From a virus (lineage: Duplodnaviria; Caudoviricetes): a stretch of DNA of 43,387 nt. How positions within the stretch are numbered: the stretch's first letter is position 1; each line of letters begins with the position of its first letter. The DNA is taken from positions 1 to 43,387 of IMG/VR virus record IMGVR_UViG_3300010052_000188. One strand, written 5' to 3'. Under the pieces are notes generated by a model. It did no database searches. It saw only the letters and a program-made list of their open reading frames with translations, and had not been told where the DNA came from. Made by a program: the position numbers and the translations under genes. This document shows, one piece after another, positions 17,925 to 26,935 of the stretch.

Positions 17925-18896
17925 TTAGGCTGCCGTTGTTAAATCTGCGATCACGCCGTGTGCGCGCTCGTTCGAAACTTCGAGCGTGAACTCCGACAGG
18001 ATCACGTTGGTGTCGCCGTCACCCACCTTCCCCAGCGGGAAGCGGTGGAAGCGACGATTCGGTAGGTAGGCGACCTTGGCCTTGCTCGGGTCGATCAGCA
18101 GACACGTGCGCGCCCGCATGTAGCGATGCGGAACGAAGTCGATGTCGCCAAAGTCCGAGGCGTAACGGTTCGTGGCCTGGTGGACGGTGCTCTTACCCAC
18201 CATGACTTGGGACGCGGAGCGACCGGCGAATGTCGATGCGACGCGCTTGTTGTAGGCGCCCATGAACGCCATTTTGACGTTGCCGCCGGCTTCAAACACT
18301 TCCTGCAGCGTGTTCAGCAGGAGCGTTTCCGTGAACGGGCGCTGGTCGCCGTCAACGGCCGCTGTCCCGGGCGTGCCGACCGGATCAGCGGGATCTGCAC
18401 CGGCGCCACCACCACGTGAGGTATTGGTGCGGAGCCACGCTTCGGTGCCACGGAGCGTGCGGACAGTCTCGCCGCCAACCGTAGCCGCCGTGTCATAGGC
18501 CTGGTTCCCGATGATCGCGTATTCGATATCCTTGCGCAGTTCGATGGTCTTCAGCGCGAGCTGGCGGGCCATTTCTCGGTCGCGACCGGCCTTGTCCACC
18601 GCTTCCATCGTTCCGGAAACGGTCGCGTTCTTTTCTGCGATCTGGCAGATGTTGGACTGGCGGGCCGTGTTGATGGCGGCAGCGCGGGTAGTCGACTGGC
18701 CTTCAGGCTTGGCGTTCTGTCCGACAGCCGAGAGGGCTTCCGTCTGCCACTCGTGAAGCACGGCTTTGGCTGTGCTGGTGCCGATGGCGGACTGATACGG
18801 CGTGTCTTCCACATCCACGCGGTGGATCTGGTCGGTAAGGTCCTCGCGGAGGCCCTTCGCCGTCGCGGTCGTGAAGACGTTGGTGATAGCGGCCAT
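17925..18896 (-). CDS. Major capsid protein (DUF5309/SU10-like)
   Basis: G.REDL.D.I...DTP..S.IG...A....HEWQT..L; N.CQI..K...VSGT; EL.KDIE; Y.SDFG; E.TLEV.NE.AHG.IADL. Confidence 0.9.
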   Translation of the reverse strand: MAAITNVFTTATAKGLREDLTDQIHRVDVEDTPYQSAIGTSTAKAVLHEWQTEALSAVGQNAKPEGQSTTRAAAINTARQSNICQIAEKNATVSGTMEAVDKAGRDREMARQLALKTIELRKDIEYAIIGNQAYDTAATVGGETVRTLRGTEAWLRTNTSRGGGAGADPADPVGTPGTAAVDGDQRPFTETLLLNTLQEVFEAGGNVKMAFMGAYNKRVASTFAGRSASQVMVGKSTVHQATNRYASDFGDIDFVPHRYMRARTCLLIDPSKAKVAYLPNRRFHRFPLGKVGDGDTNVILSEFTLEVSNERAHGVIADLTTAA

Positions 18897-19936
18897 TATC
18901 GTTTCTCCGATTGGAGTTCTGCCAGAAACGCCGCTTCAAGGGCGTCGGCAGACGGGTTGCTTTTGAGATCCTGGACGGCGCGCGAGAGATTGGACGGACG
19001 ACCGCCCACGCTCTTGGCTTGTCCGGGGGCTGCGACCTTCGGAGCCGGTTTCTGGACCACCTTTGCGTTGGCGCGGGCCTTCTGAGCTGCGTCGAACTGC
19101 TGGGCTTTCCAGAGTGTCACCACGTCGCGCGCGGACGCCTGCATGAGCATTTCGCGCGGGTAACCCTGTTCTTCGCCGTAGCGATGAACGGCCTTGCGCA
19201 TTTCGGCTGCTTTGGGTGTGTTCGCGGCGAGCTCGGGAGCGAGACGGGCGAGTTCCTGCGCCTCTAGGGCTAGGTATTCGCGGGTCTGCGCCTGCTGGTA
19301 CGCGTTGGCTTCCTGGGCAATCCGATGGCGCTCGGCCTTGGCCTTTTCCTGAAGGTCTTTGCGGTGGAGGAAGTTCGCGGCCTGCTCCTCATATGCAGCG
19401 GGGTCCGTGAACCGCAGCGCCGGATCGGGCGCCGCAATCTCCGGGTCGGTGAATTGAGAGAGGAAACCGTCGAGTTGCTTGAGCTTTCCAACCACCTGTT
19501 GTGACGCGGCTGTCACAGCTTTGCGCTGCTCGGCCACCTCCTGCGACTTACGCGTATAATCGGCCCTGGTTTCCGCCTCGCGTTTGCTGACCCAAGCCCG
19601 AAGCTCAGGGGATAGCTTGGCGAATGCGACCTTATCGGCCTCTGACATGCCGCTGGGAGCGTCGGGGGTCGTAACGGCGGGGGTCTCTGCAGACTCGCCT
19701 TCAGACTCGATCTCTTCAGCGGGCTCCGCCTCTTCGGCGGGAATTTCTTCTTCCTCGGATTCCACCTCAGTCTCGGCGGGTTCCGGCTCAATTTCTCCGC
19801 CCTCTGGCGACGGGGCTGGCCGCTCACGCGGCGGCGGCGCGCTGTCCGCTTTCAAGTCCGCTTCGAACAGACTTGCGATGGAATCGAGAGTCGGCGCGGC
19901 GTCGGCCTGAGCCGCGCCCTGGGTGGCAACGTCCAT
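18896..19936 (-). CDS. Scaffolding protein
   Basis: Acidic E/P-rich N-terminus; DYTRKSQE.AEQRK; directly upstream of the capsid. Confidence 0.85.
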   Translation of the reverse strand: MDVATQGAAQADAAPTLDSIASLFEADLKADSAPPPRERPAPSPEGGEIEPEPAETEVESEEEEIPAEEAEPAEEIESEGESAETPAVTTPDAPSGMSEADKVAFAKLSPELRAWVSKREAETRADYTRKSQEVAEQRKAVTAASQQVVGKLKQLDGFLSQFTDPEIAAPDPALRFTDPAAYEEQAANFLHRKDLQEKAKAERHRIAQEANAYQQAQTREYLALEAQELARLAPELAANTPKAAEMRKAVHRYGEEQGYPREMLMQASARDVVTLWKAQQFDAAQKARANAKVVQKPAPKVAAPGQAKSVGGRPSNLSRAVQDLKSNPSADALEAAFLAELQSEKR

Positions 19937-19948
19937 GAATGATCCTCG

Positions 19949-20257
19949 TTACGCTTTGGCGCGTGCCGTCTTGGCGCGCTTCTTTTCCTCGAGTGCACTG
20001 ACCGCGGCGATGACGGCCTCCGCACCCTTGCCGGCCACGATGGCCGCTTCCATCACTCGCTTGACATCGCGAAGGGCCGCGACGCGGTGACAAACCTTCT
20101 CCCGGAGCACTGCATCAGCGATGTCGGCCGTGAATAGCGTCTCGGCATAGTTGCGCTCGACAGCGGCGAACACCTCGAACAGGCCGCTCGGCCCCTTGCA
20201 CCATTCGGCAAACCGCCGGCCGCGCTCGGCTGTGGCGCGCGTCGTCTCGTCGTTCAT
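19949..20257 (-). CDS. Hypothetical between portal and scaffold
   Basis: Overlaps portal stop; helical. Confidence 0.7.
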   Translation of the reverse strand: MNDETTRATAERGRRFAEWCKGPSGLFEVFAAVERNYAETLFTADIADAVLREKVCHRVAALRDVKRVMEAAIVAGKGAEAVIAAVSALEEKKRAKTARAKA

Positions 20258-22461
20258 CCGAGCTTGCCCCCGAACCGGACCTTGCTCTGCAGCTTGGCCT
20301 TCTGCATGCCCTGCTCGTGCGAGCTTTCGATGCGGCGGTTTTCGTTCTGGTTGTCGATCTGCTGCTGATCTCTGGCCATGCCGGCCTCAAAGCCCATCTG
20401 CTGGCGCTGCAGCGCGAACTCCATCATCATCTGCTGCTGCTTCAGGTCGAATTCGGCGTTGATCTGAAGCAGCTTGGCGCGGAAGTCGAAATCCGTCTTC
20501 TGCTGCTCGATTGCCTGCTTCGCCTGCGCCTTCAGCATCTCGATCTCGAAGTCACGCTGGGATTCGATCTGCCGGAACTGCCCTTCCATCTGAAGCTCTT
20601 GGGCCCGCATTTGCAGCTTGCCCTGGACTTCGACCATCTTCGGGTCGCCCTGCTGGGCCTTGCGCTGCATCTCAGCCTGGAACTCCGGCGTGCGCGGGTT
20701 CTTGAAGAACCGGTCCGGGAATTTCCAGCCGACGGCGCGGACGAGCTCGACGCCGGTTTCGTACGCTTCCTCAGGGCCGACGAGCCCGAGCTCAACGGCC
20801 ATCTGCTGGGCGCCGCTGATGATCTGGGCACCCATGAGGTTTTCGTCACGGTTCGCGTAGCCGAGGCCAACAGAGACTTCCGCACGGAGATCGGCGTTCC
20901 AGTCGCGCGGGTCCATGTCCACGAACTCGCCAGAGAGATAGATCGTCTTCGGAGCGTCCTGGTACTTGACCAGTAGCTTCAGCACCTTGCGGAACACCGG
21001 GACCAGCAGGTTTTCCGCAATCATCCGGATCATCAGGCGCTTGCGGGCCTGCTCGTTGCGGTCTTCCTTGCGGGCTTCCGTGGCCGACTTCGGATCGATG
21101 GCCTCGGATGAAATCGACATGCCGTTGCGCACGATGCCGGACTGCTGCTCGCGCACGCCATCCATGTAGGTGATGGCGCGGAGGGCTGTATCGGAGCGGT
21201 CTGGCACTTCGACGGCCTTCAGCATCCCACCGACGCCCTTGGTGCGGATCAGTCCGCCAATGCGGTAGGTCAGCAGGTCGTCGATCGTGCCTTCAGACAC
21301 CGCTTGGTCGGGGACTTCGATGCGAGGGTTGTTTGCCAGATACACGTTGTCCAGCAATTGCCGGGTCAGGTGCGTCTTGACGAACTGCGTCTGCTTCACC
21401 TTGTCGGCCAACGCGAGGCCGATCAGGCGATGCGGGATGCGGTCGGCCGACCAGGCATCGAACGGGTGCGCTTCGACTTCCTCTTTGGCGAGTATCGTCT
21501 TGTGAACCCGAAATACCTGCCAGCGCTTGGCCTTGCCGGTGCTTTCGAGATCGAGAAGCGGGTATTCCTCGCACAGTGTCAGCGTGTCGGTCAGGCGCGC
21601 ACGCTTGCCGGCGTCGGTGCGGGTTTCGTCATAGAACCGGCGATCCTTGCGGCTGTCCTGGTCGTTGCCCTTGTTTGCCGCGAGCTGCATCACGTCGTCA
21701 TAGTCGAAGCCCATTTCCAGGAGTTTCGAACGCGTGACCTCGGTCTCGTGGCAGATGTAGTCCACGTTCTCGATGTTCTTGGCCCGCTGGGAAACCTTGA
21801 TTTCCTCGGGCGGCGCTCCCTCGATGCAGACGTGACCGACCTTCTTCTGGCGAACGAGCGAAATCGTGTAGGTCATACCGTCGGCGTAGGCCGGCAGAGC
21901 TTGGGGATCGATCGACACCACATTAATGGGCTCTGCCGATTCCTCGAGGATCGTCACGCCTTCCTCGGCGCGCAGCTCATCGACGTTCGGCTTGGCCAGC
22001 CCGGAAAGCGTCTGCTTTTCCTCGACGTCCTCGACATCCCACCATGTTTTGACGAAGCCGATCTTCTGGATCAGCGCCGTCTTGAGGGTATCGTGCAGGA
22101 CCGTGACGCCGGGGTTTTCCGTGTAGAAGCAGTGGTGCGCGAGGTCCCCTGCCTGCTTGCAATAGGCCTGGTCCTTGCGGGTCGACGGGGAGAACTCGAC
22201 AATGCGTTCACCGGCGAGGAAGGGCTCGAGCAGATCTGGCAACGCCCAGTCCACGACTTCGGCCACGTCCATGGAAATAGCGTTCGACGCGCCTTCCTCC
22301 TCGTCGCCGTAGGGCTTCCCGAGATAGCGGTCTAGGTTGTCGTCCTGGCCAGCAGCAACGGCGTCCGTGAGGTATCCCACCGAGGACGCGTTCAACTCGC
22401 CCAGCAGCGTGGCGAGCTCGTCGTCCGGCATGGGACCTGGGCGCTGGTCGTCGTCGGTCAA
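20254..22461 (-). CDS. Portal protein (P22-like, long C-terminal barrel)
   Basis: YLG.PYG.E.EG.S..IS.DV..VVDW.LP.L; ALIQK.G.VK.WW; RQ.LDN.YL.NNPR; Q/E-rich coiled C-terminus. Confidence 0.9.
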   Translation of the reverse strand: MTDDDQRPGPMPDDELATLLGELNASSVGYLTDAVAAGQDDNLDRYLGKPYGDEEEGASNAISMDVAEVVDWALPDLLEPFLAGERIVEFSPSTRKDQAYCKQAGDLAHHCFYTENPGVTVLHDTLKTALIQKIGFVKTWWDVEDVEEKQTLSGLAKPNVDELRAEEGVTILEESAEPINVVSIDPQALPAYADGMTYTISLVRQKKVGHVCIEGAPPEEIKVSQRAKNIENVDYICHETEVTRSKLLEMGFDYDDVMQLAANKGNDQDSRKDRRFYDETRTDAGKRARLTDTLTLCEEYPLLDLESTGKAKRWQVFRVHKTILAKEEVEAHPFDAWSADRIPHRLIGLALADKVKQTQFVKTHLTRQLLDNVYLANNPRIEVPDQAVSEGTIDDLLTYRIGGLIRTKGVGGMLKAVEVPDRSDTALRAITYMDGVREQQSGIVRNGMSISSEAIDPKSATEARKEDRNEQARKRLMIRMIAENLLVPVFRKVLKLLVKYQDAPKTIYLSGEFVDMDPRDWNADLRAEVSVGLGYANRDENLMGAQIISGAQQMAVELGLVGPEEAYETGVELVRAVGWKFPDRFFKNPRTPEFQAEMQRKAQQGDPKMVEVQGKLQMRAQELQMEGQFRQIESQRDFEIEMLKAQAKQAIEQQKTDFDFRAKLLQINAEFDLKQQQMMMEFALQRQQMGFEAGMARDQQQIDNQNENRRIESSHEQGMQKAKLQSKVRFGGKLG

Positions 22462-23765
22462 GCGTAGCGCCTCTTGGGGTAGGAGATGGGTTTCGGGGCT
22501 GCCTTAGGAGCGAACGTCATGGCAAGGTAGCGGAATGCGTCGGCGCCGTGGCTCGTCCAGTCGTGGTAGGGCGTCGTCTTGAACGTCTTGCGCTTGTCGT
22601 CCCATTCGCGGCGGTATTGCTTCAATGCCTCTATGCCGCGGGCGCATTTGGCTTCATCGAACACGCACTTGGGCAGCATCTGGCGCACTGCGTTGATGCC
22701 TTCCTCGACATTCTGGCGCTTTGCGATCGTGATCGGGTGCAGGCCGAGCGCTTCGAGGCTTTCCTTTCGGCTCTTGGCCGTCATCAGCTCCCGTATCTCG
22801 GCGTCGTGGGGCAGATAGTGCTCGCCGTACATGTACGGCTTGTCGTTGCGCAGAACACGGGCGATTTCGGTCAGGCTCGTGTTGTTCGCCTCGTAGTAGT
22901 CGATCACTCGAATTTCGCCGCCAGCGGCCTGGACGAACCAAATCGCCGTCGCGTCATCGAGACCCAAGTCCCAAGCTGTATAGACCGGCAGACTCGGCTC
23001 CCAGGGTGCGGGACGGATGCGTTTGGCGCGCTCGATGTCGGCAATCTCTCGTCCGTAGTAGGCGCCGATGATCGCTGCGTCGAAGCTGCACTCGTACTCC
23101 TGCTCGTACTGCTCGGGGGTCATGACCTTGCGAGCATCGTCAAGCTCGGTGTGGTCCAGAATCCCGGTTTGTGACGCCTTCAGCACAAGCGTGAACCATT
23201 CCGTCGACCTGACAGCACCCTCCCAGCCGATCTCCGGGTTGCCGTGGCCAAGCTCATAAAAACCGTTTCGCCCTTTAGGCGTGCCGATAAACGTTGCGCT
23301 ACCCTTGCGATCCGACAGCGCAGGCCGGATCACCTCGGGCCACACCCTGGGGTCCATGTCTGCGTATTCGTCGAGGATCACGCCGTCGAAGTAGACGCCG
23401 CGCATTCGGTCGTAGTTCTCGGCGCCGTACAGACGAACACGCCCGCCGTTCGGCAGGTCAGCCCTAAGCTCGCTCTCGTGATGCAGCACGCCGGGGATGC
23501 TGGCGGTGAAGTGCTTCACGTAAGTCCAGGCCACGTCCTTTGCCTGGGTGTAGAGCGGCGCGATGTAGGCGAACCGCGGATTCGGCAACTGGCAGGTCAG
23601 CGCGCCGCGGATCAGTTCGTTGATGCACCCGACCGTCTTACCGAAACGACGATGCGCTGCGATCCATGCCCAGCGTTCTGTCCGGTTGTGGTAGGGCAAG
23701 AACTGCGGGCGCGGCTCATACGGGATGACTACTTGTCGGCGCTCGATCCGCTCGTGACGCCCCAT
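22458..23765 (-). CDS. terL: Terminase large subunit
   Basis: HRRFGKT Walker A; ILDE Walker B; FIGTPKG; WDLG..D; SHGADAFRY nuclease end. Confidence 0.95.
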   Translation of the reverse strand: MGRHERIERRQVVIPYEPRPQFLPYHNRTERWAWIAAHRRFGKTVGCINELIRGALTCQLPNPRFAYIAPLYTQAKDVAWTYVKHFTASIPGVLHHESELRADLPNGGRVRLYGAENYDRMRGVYFDGVILDEYADMDPRVWPEVIRPALSDRKGSATFIGTPKGRNGFYELGHGNPEIGWEGAVRSTEWFTLVLKASQTGILDHTELDDARKVMTPEQYEQEYECSFDAAIIGAYYGREIADIERAKRIRPAPWEPSLPVYTAWDLGLDDATAIWFVQAAGGEIRVIDYYEANNTSLTEIARVLRNDKPYMYGEHYLPHDAEIRELMTAKSRKESLEALGLHPITIAKRQNVEEGINAVRQMLPKCVFDEAKCARGIEALKQYRREWDDKRKTFKTTPYHDWTSHGADAFRYLAMTFAPKAAPKPISYPKRRYA

Positions 23766-24034
23766 ACGATCTCCATGACGGTCTTGACCGGCGCGCCGTC
23801 GTCATCACCGACAACGGCTTGCGCCGGCTTCCCGTAAGCGCGGTCGAGCAGTTCCTTGCACGCGGCCACCTGGGCCTGCTCGCTCTCAGCTTTAGTCATC
23901 AGATGAGCCAAGCGTTTAATGGCATCGGCGCCGTGCATCCGGGCGGCGGCCTTGATATCGGCGGTTGCCTTGTTCGAGGTGCCTTTCTGTCGGCCCCCGC
24001 GGCGCTCGCCGGGCTTAGATCCCCGACCGGCCAT
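23729..24034 (-). CDS. terS: Terminase small subunit-like
   Basis: GGRQKGTSNK.T motif; LLDRAYGKP; immediately upstream of TerL. Confidence 0.7.
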   Translation of the reverse strand: MAGRGSKPGERRGGRQKGTSNKATADIKAAARMHGADAIKRLAHLMTKAESEQAQVAACKELLDRAYGKPAQAVVGDDDGAPVKTVMEIVWGVTSGSSADK

Positions 24035-24072
24035 GTTTGCTATGCATCGCTACTTTTGCAAAACAAGTCGCG

Positions 24073-24570
24073 TCACCGGTCAACACAGGCAAATTCCCCG
24101 AAGACATCGGCGGCTGCTCTGCGGTACGCCTCAGCAGCGTCCTCTTTACAGACAAATAGCCCTAAGTGCTTTTCGAGCTGGCCTCGCCTGATCTTGGCCT
24201 GCCATTTACTGCGCTGCGCATTCCAGTACACGCCTTTAAATCCCGACGTGTTATCGGCACGGCGCTTGCTGTTCCCAGCGTTCTCGGCACGTGTGGCTGA
24301 GCGTAGGTTCTCAACCCGGTTATCGTCCCGCTGTCCGTTGATATGGTCGAGTTGTTCTGGCGGCCACTCGCCGTGGACGTAGAGCCAAGCTAGCCGATGC
24401 GCTTTGTACATGTTCCCGTCCACACAGACCGCGCGGTAGCCATCGGTTTCGACGCATCCTGCTAAATCCCCAGCTTTGAGACTGCGGGACGCTGGCGCGA
24501 GCCACCTAAATTGGCCCGTCTCGACCTCGTACCTGAGAACGCTGCGCAGTCTTTCTTGCGTGAGTTTCAT
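24073..24570 (-). CDS. HNH-AP2 homing endonuclease
   Basis: YKAHRLAWLY..G.WP...DHING.RDDNR..NLR.AT..EN..N plus NTSGFKGV.W....KW.A.I AP2 domain. Confidence 0.92.
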   Translation of the reverse strand: MKLTQERLRSVLRYEVETGQFRWLAPASRSLKAGDLAGCVETDGYRAVCVDGNMYKAHRLAWLYVHGEWPPEQLDHINGQRDDNRVENLRSATRAENAGNSKRRADNTSGFKGVYWNAQRSKWQAKIRRGQLEKHLGLFVCKEDAAEAYRRAAADVFGEFACVDR

Positions 24571-24577
24571 GTGAAAC

Positions 24578-24745
24578 TTACCTAGCGAGCAGAAGACCAG
24601 CGCCAACGAGCGCCGCTTCCGTCACAGACCCGCCGACAAAGCTCACGCGTACTCCTGCGAACTTCGCTAGAGCCACGATCACAAGGGCTAGGCCTATAAG
24701 GTGGAGGATCGGGAGAGCCTGGGATTTGAGTGCGTTCGCGTTCAT
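24578..24745 (-). CDS. 55-aa two-TM membrane protein
   Basis: GGAGA RBS; ILHLIGLALVIVALAKF and AALVGAGLLLA. Confidence 0.65.
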   Translation of the reverse strand: MNANALKSQALPILHLIGLALVIVALAKFAGVRVSFVGGSVTEAALVGAGLLLAR

Positions 24746-24749
24746 GCTC

Positions 24750-25391
24750 TCATCTCCCGACTGGCCTAAATGATGCCCTCTGCTGCTGGGCGAGAAGCTC
24801 GTTGAGATACCGGAGGCCATCACCTGAAACCGCCGGTTTGTCGTTCAATGCCGGAGCGGATGGGTCCCACGACATACCGTTCGTCCGGGATGCTCTCGGG
24901 ATTTCGTGCTCCCTAGCGAGCCCGCGCGACGAGTTCCAATAGGACTCCCCGCCGACACCGAACCAGTTCCCGCTAGAACCCATTGGGTTCCCGCCGGTGA
25001 TGACCTTTTCATCCGGATACTTATTGTTCAGCACCTTCGCCATCGCTGCGTCCCAGGCTGGGCCTGCGCCTCGCGCTGCGGCTGCCGGCGGCGACATCAT
25101 GCTACTGAACATCAGGGGGACGCTCAGCAGATCAGCGGTTTCGCCTGTGCGCTTCGCGAGGTCGTCGTACCCAAGCGTTCCACCAACGGCGTTCAATGCG
25201 CCTCGTCCGATATCCATCAGCGAGGGCGAGTGAGCTTGCGCTTCGGGACCCTTCGGCTGCTTATCGAACGACGAGCCCCACGGGGACCCAGATTGCTGGC
25301 GCGCCGCAAGCATCTGCTGGAGCAACCGCCATTGGCCGTCATCCATCGCGTTCAGCTCCAATTCATCGGGGATGTCGTAGTGTGGGGTCAC
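24750..25391 (-). CDS. Hypothetical, first late gene; composition resembles ejected internal proteins
   Basis: 213-aa ORF; start codon uncertain. Confidence 0.6.
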   Translation of the reverse strand: MTPHYDIPDELELNAMDDGQWRLLQQMLAARQQSGSPWGSSFDKQPKGPEAQAHSPSLMDIGRGALNAVGGTLGYDDLAKRTGETADLLSVPLMFSSMMSPPAAAARGAGPAWDAAMAKVLNNKYPDEKVITGGNPMGSSGNWFGVGGESYWNSSRGLAREHEIPRASRTNGMSWDPSAPALNDKPAVSGDGLRYLNELLAQQQRASFRPVGR

Positions 25392-25655
25392 CGTTGGAGT
25401 TCGGCGTATCGATCCAACGGAATACGCCCTCGCGCTATGTAAAGCGTTGCGAGGGCGTCATTGTTTTTGGGTGTTCGGGGTCGCTCAGGGCGCTCTTCTG
25501 GAGCCCGCTCAAAGCCGATTTTTGCTTGAGCCCCAAGGCGGATTGGTCAAATCAACGCTACGCGCAGAGGTCCCCGTCCTTGTAGAATCAGCCGTAGATG
25601 ATTTGGACGGGCGCGGTCAAGGCCTGGGTTTTGGCTGAGACACACAGCCGCCCAA
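25391..25655 (-). ncRNA. Putative structured RNA / late-operon leader (about six hairpins)
   Basis: Stems 25391-98/25413-20, 25424-33/25449-58, 25492-95/25501-04, 25507-12/25526-31, 25573-79/25605-11, 25633-37/25645-49; strand inferred from operon direction. Confidence 0.5.
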
Positions 25656-25677
25656 TAGGAAGCAATTTCGCGGGCTT

Positions 25678-25971
25678 CTAAGCCACGCGTTTTGAAGGCT
25701 GCACCGTGAGTTGCAGATCGAGCGCCTCTAGAACACGCTGTATCGTGTCAAACTTCGGGCTTCCACCTGCACTCAGAGCCCGATAAAGGCTCTCACGGGA
25801 CAGGCCTGTTCGCTCCGCTATTTGCGTCATCCCGCGCACCTTGGCAGCGACGCCAATGGCGTGCGCGATATGTTCCACATCTTGTGTCAGCATCGCTTCA
25901 GCAATGTAAGCTGCGACTTCGCTCTCGTTCTCCAGATACTCGGAGGCATCGAATGGGCGTGATTTGGCCAT
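25678..25971 (-). CDS. Addiction-module antitoxin (HigA-like XRE)
   Basis: PFDASEYL......AAYI...GMTQIAE.TGLSRESLYRALS..G.P.F.TI..VL.AL. Confidence 0.9.
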   Translation of the reverse strand: MAKSRPFDASEYLENESEVAAYIAEAMLTQDVEHIAHAIGVAAKVRGMTQIAERTGLSRESLYRALSAGGSPKFDTIQRVLEALDLQLTVQPSKRVA

Positions 25972-25976
25972 GCGTT

Positions 25977-26273
25977 TTACTCCTGGTACTCAGCCGCTAG
26001 CCGTTTTGCGACAATGACGTCGCGATCCTGCGTACTTTTATCTCCGCCGGCCAGCAGCAGGACGTAGGCATTTCCGCGCTGAATGAAATAAACGCGGTAT
26101 CCGGGCCCGAAGTGGAGACGCATCTCGCTCACTCCCTCGCCTACCGGTTCAACGTCGCCGGGGTTGCCACGCGCAACCCGCTCCACGCGAACCAGAATCC
26201 TGGCCCTGGCGGTTCCATCTCTAAGGTCTTTCAACCAAGCCGAGAATTCAGCAGTCTCGCGTAGCTCAAGCAT
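25977..26273 (-). CDS. RelE/HigB-family toxin
   Basis: F..WL..LRD..ARARI..R..R...GN.GDV.PVGEGVSEMRLHFGPGYRVYF...LLLAGGDKSTQ. Confidence 0.92.
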   Translation of the reverse strand: MLELRETAEFSAWLKDLRDGTARARILVRVERVARGNPGDVEPVGEGVSEMRLHFGPGYRVYFIQRGNAYVLLLAGGDKSTQDRDVIVAKRLAAEYQE

Positions 26274-26281
26274 ACCCCATT

Positions 26282-26299
26282 TGTAGCCCGCAGGCTACA
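26282..26299. promoter_or_regulatory. TA operator palindrome TGTAGCC-cgca-GGCTACA
   Basis: Perfect 7-bp inverted repeat 8 nt upstream of the toxin ATG. Confidence 0.7.
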
Positions 26300-26363
26300 C
26301 CCAAACAAACGAAAACTGCGGCATCCTTACTTCCGCCACCTCTCAGGCCAGTCCTTCGGGGCA

Positions 26364-26582
26364 CTAGTTCTCTTGCATCGCTCTGAGCACCGTCCAGGCG
26401 AGGATGAGCCCCATGGCGTCGGCGGCAGTGTGCGGCCCTTTTACGGTCGCTAACGCCGCAGCCAGCTTGTCTGCGCTGCCGCGATAAGTGCCGTCTGCAT
26501 TCAGAATAACGGTCACATCACCCACCGTCACATCAAGCGGGAAGGCATTCTTCACGGTGATAGTCGCTACGTTTTCGCTCAT
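26364..26582 (-). CDS. Hypothetical protein
   Basis: Overlaps the stop of the HTH gene. Confidence 0.6.
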   Translation of the reverse strand: MSENVATITVKNAFPLDVTVGDVTVILNADGTYRGSADKLAAALATVKGPHTAADAMGLILAWTVLRAMQEN

Positions 26583-26806
26583 TTCCGCTTCTCCACGACT
26601 GCCCTGATGCCCTTTACCCAACGATATCCGTCATCGACGAACCCGAGCGGACCGGCGACGCCTGGGCCGGGTGGAAGCTTGCCGTTCACGACCTGAGAAA
26701 CGTAAGTCGGTGACACGCCTAGTTCTTTTGCCAGCTTTCGAACGCCGGTTGCCGCTACGCGGGCTTGCAATTCTGCAACAATGTCATGGTCTTTGAACCT
26801 TTTCAT
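26579..26806 (-). CDS. Small XRE/Cro-like HTH protein, probably leaderless
   Basis: VRKLAKELGVSPTYVSQVVNGK..PGP. Confidence 0.8.
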   Translation of the reverse strand: MKRFKDHDIVAELQARVAATGVRKLAKELGVSPTYVSQVVNGKLPPGPGVAGPLGFVDDGYRWVKGIRAVVEKRK

Positions 26807-26812
26807 GTGCGC

Positions 26813-26855
26813 TGGTTAGCAAACGCTTGACTGCCTGTCAAGTGTGCGCTATTTT
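26813..26855. promoter_or_regulatory. Overlapping divergent sigma70-type promoters around a CTTGAC-N5-GTCAAG palindrome
   Basis: + TTGACT(26827)-17-TATTTT; - TTGACA(26841)-17-TAACCA, with ATG 26806 six nt after the -10. Confidence 0.65.
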
Positions 26856-26935
26856 ATAAACAGTTGAGGGCGGAAACCGCTGGAACGGCCCGCCCTCGCT
26901 ATCGAACCCCACCACAGCAAATGGAAGGAAACGAC

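Noticed and set aside
25391-25655. tRNA gene in the late leader
   Set aside because: No T-loop GTTCGA in a cloverleaf context or acceptor stem found on either strand
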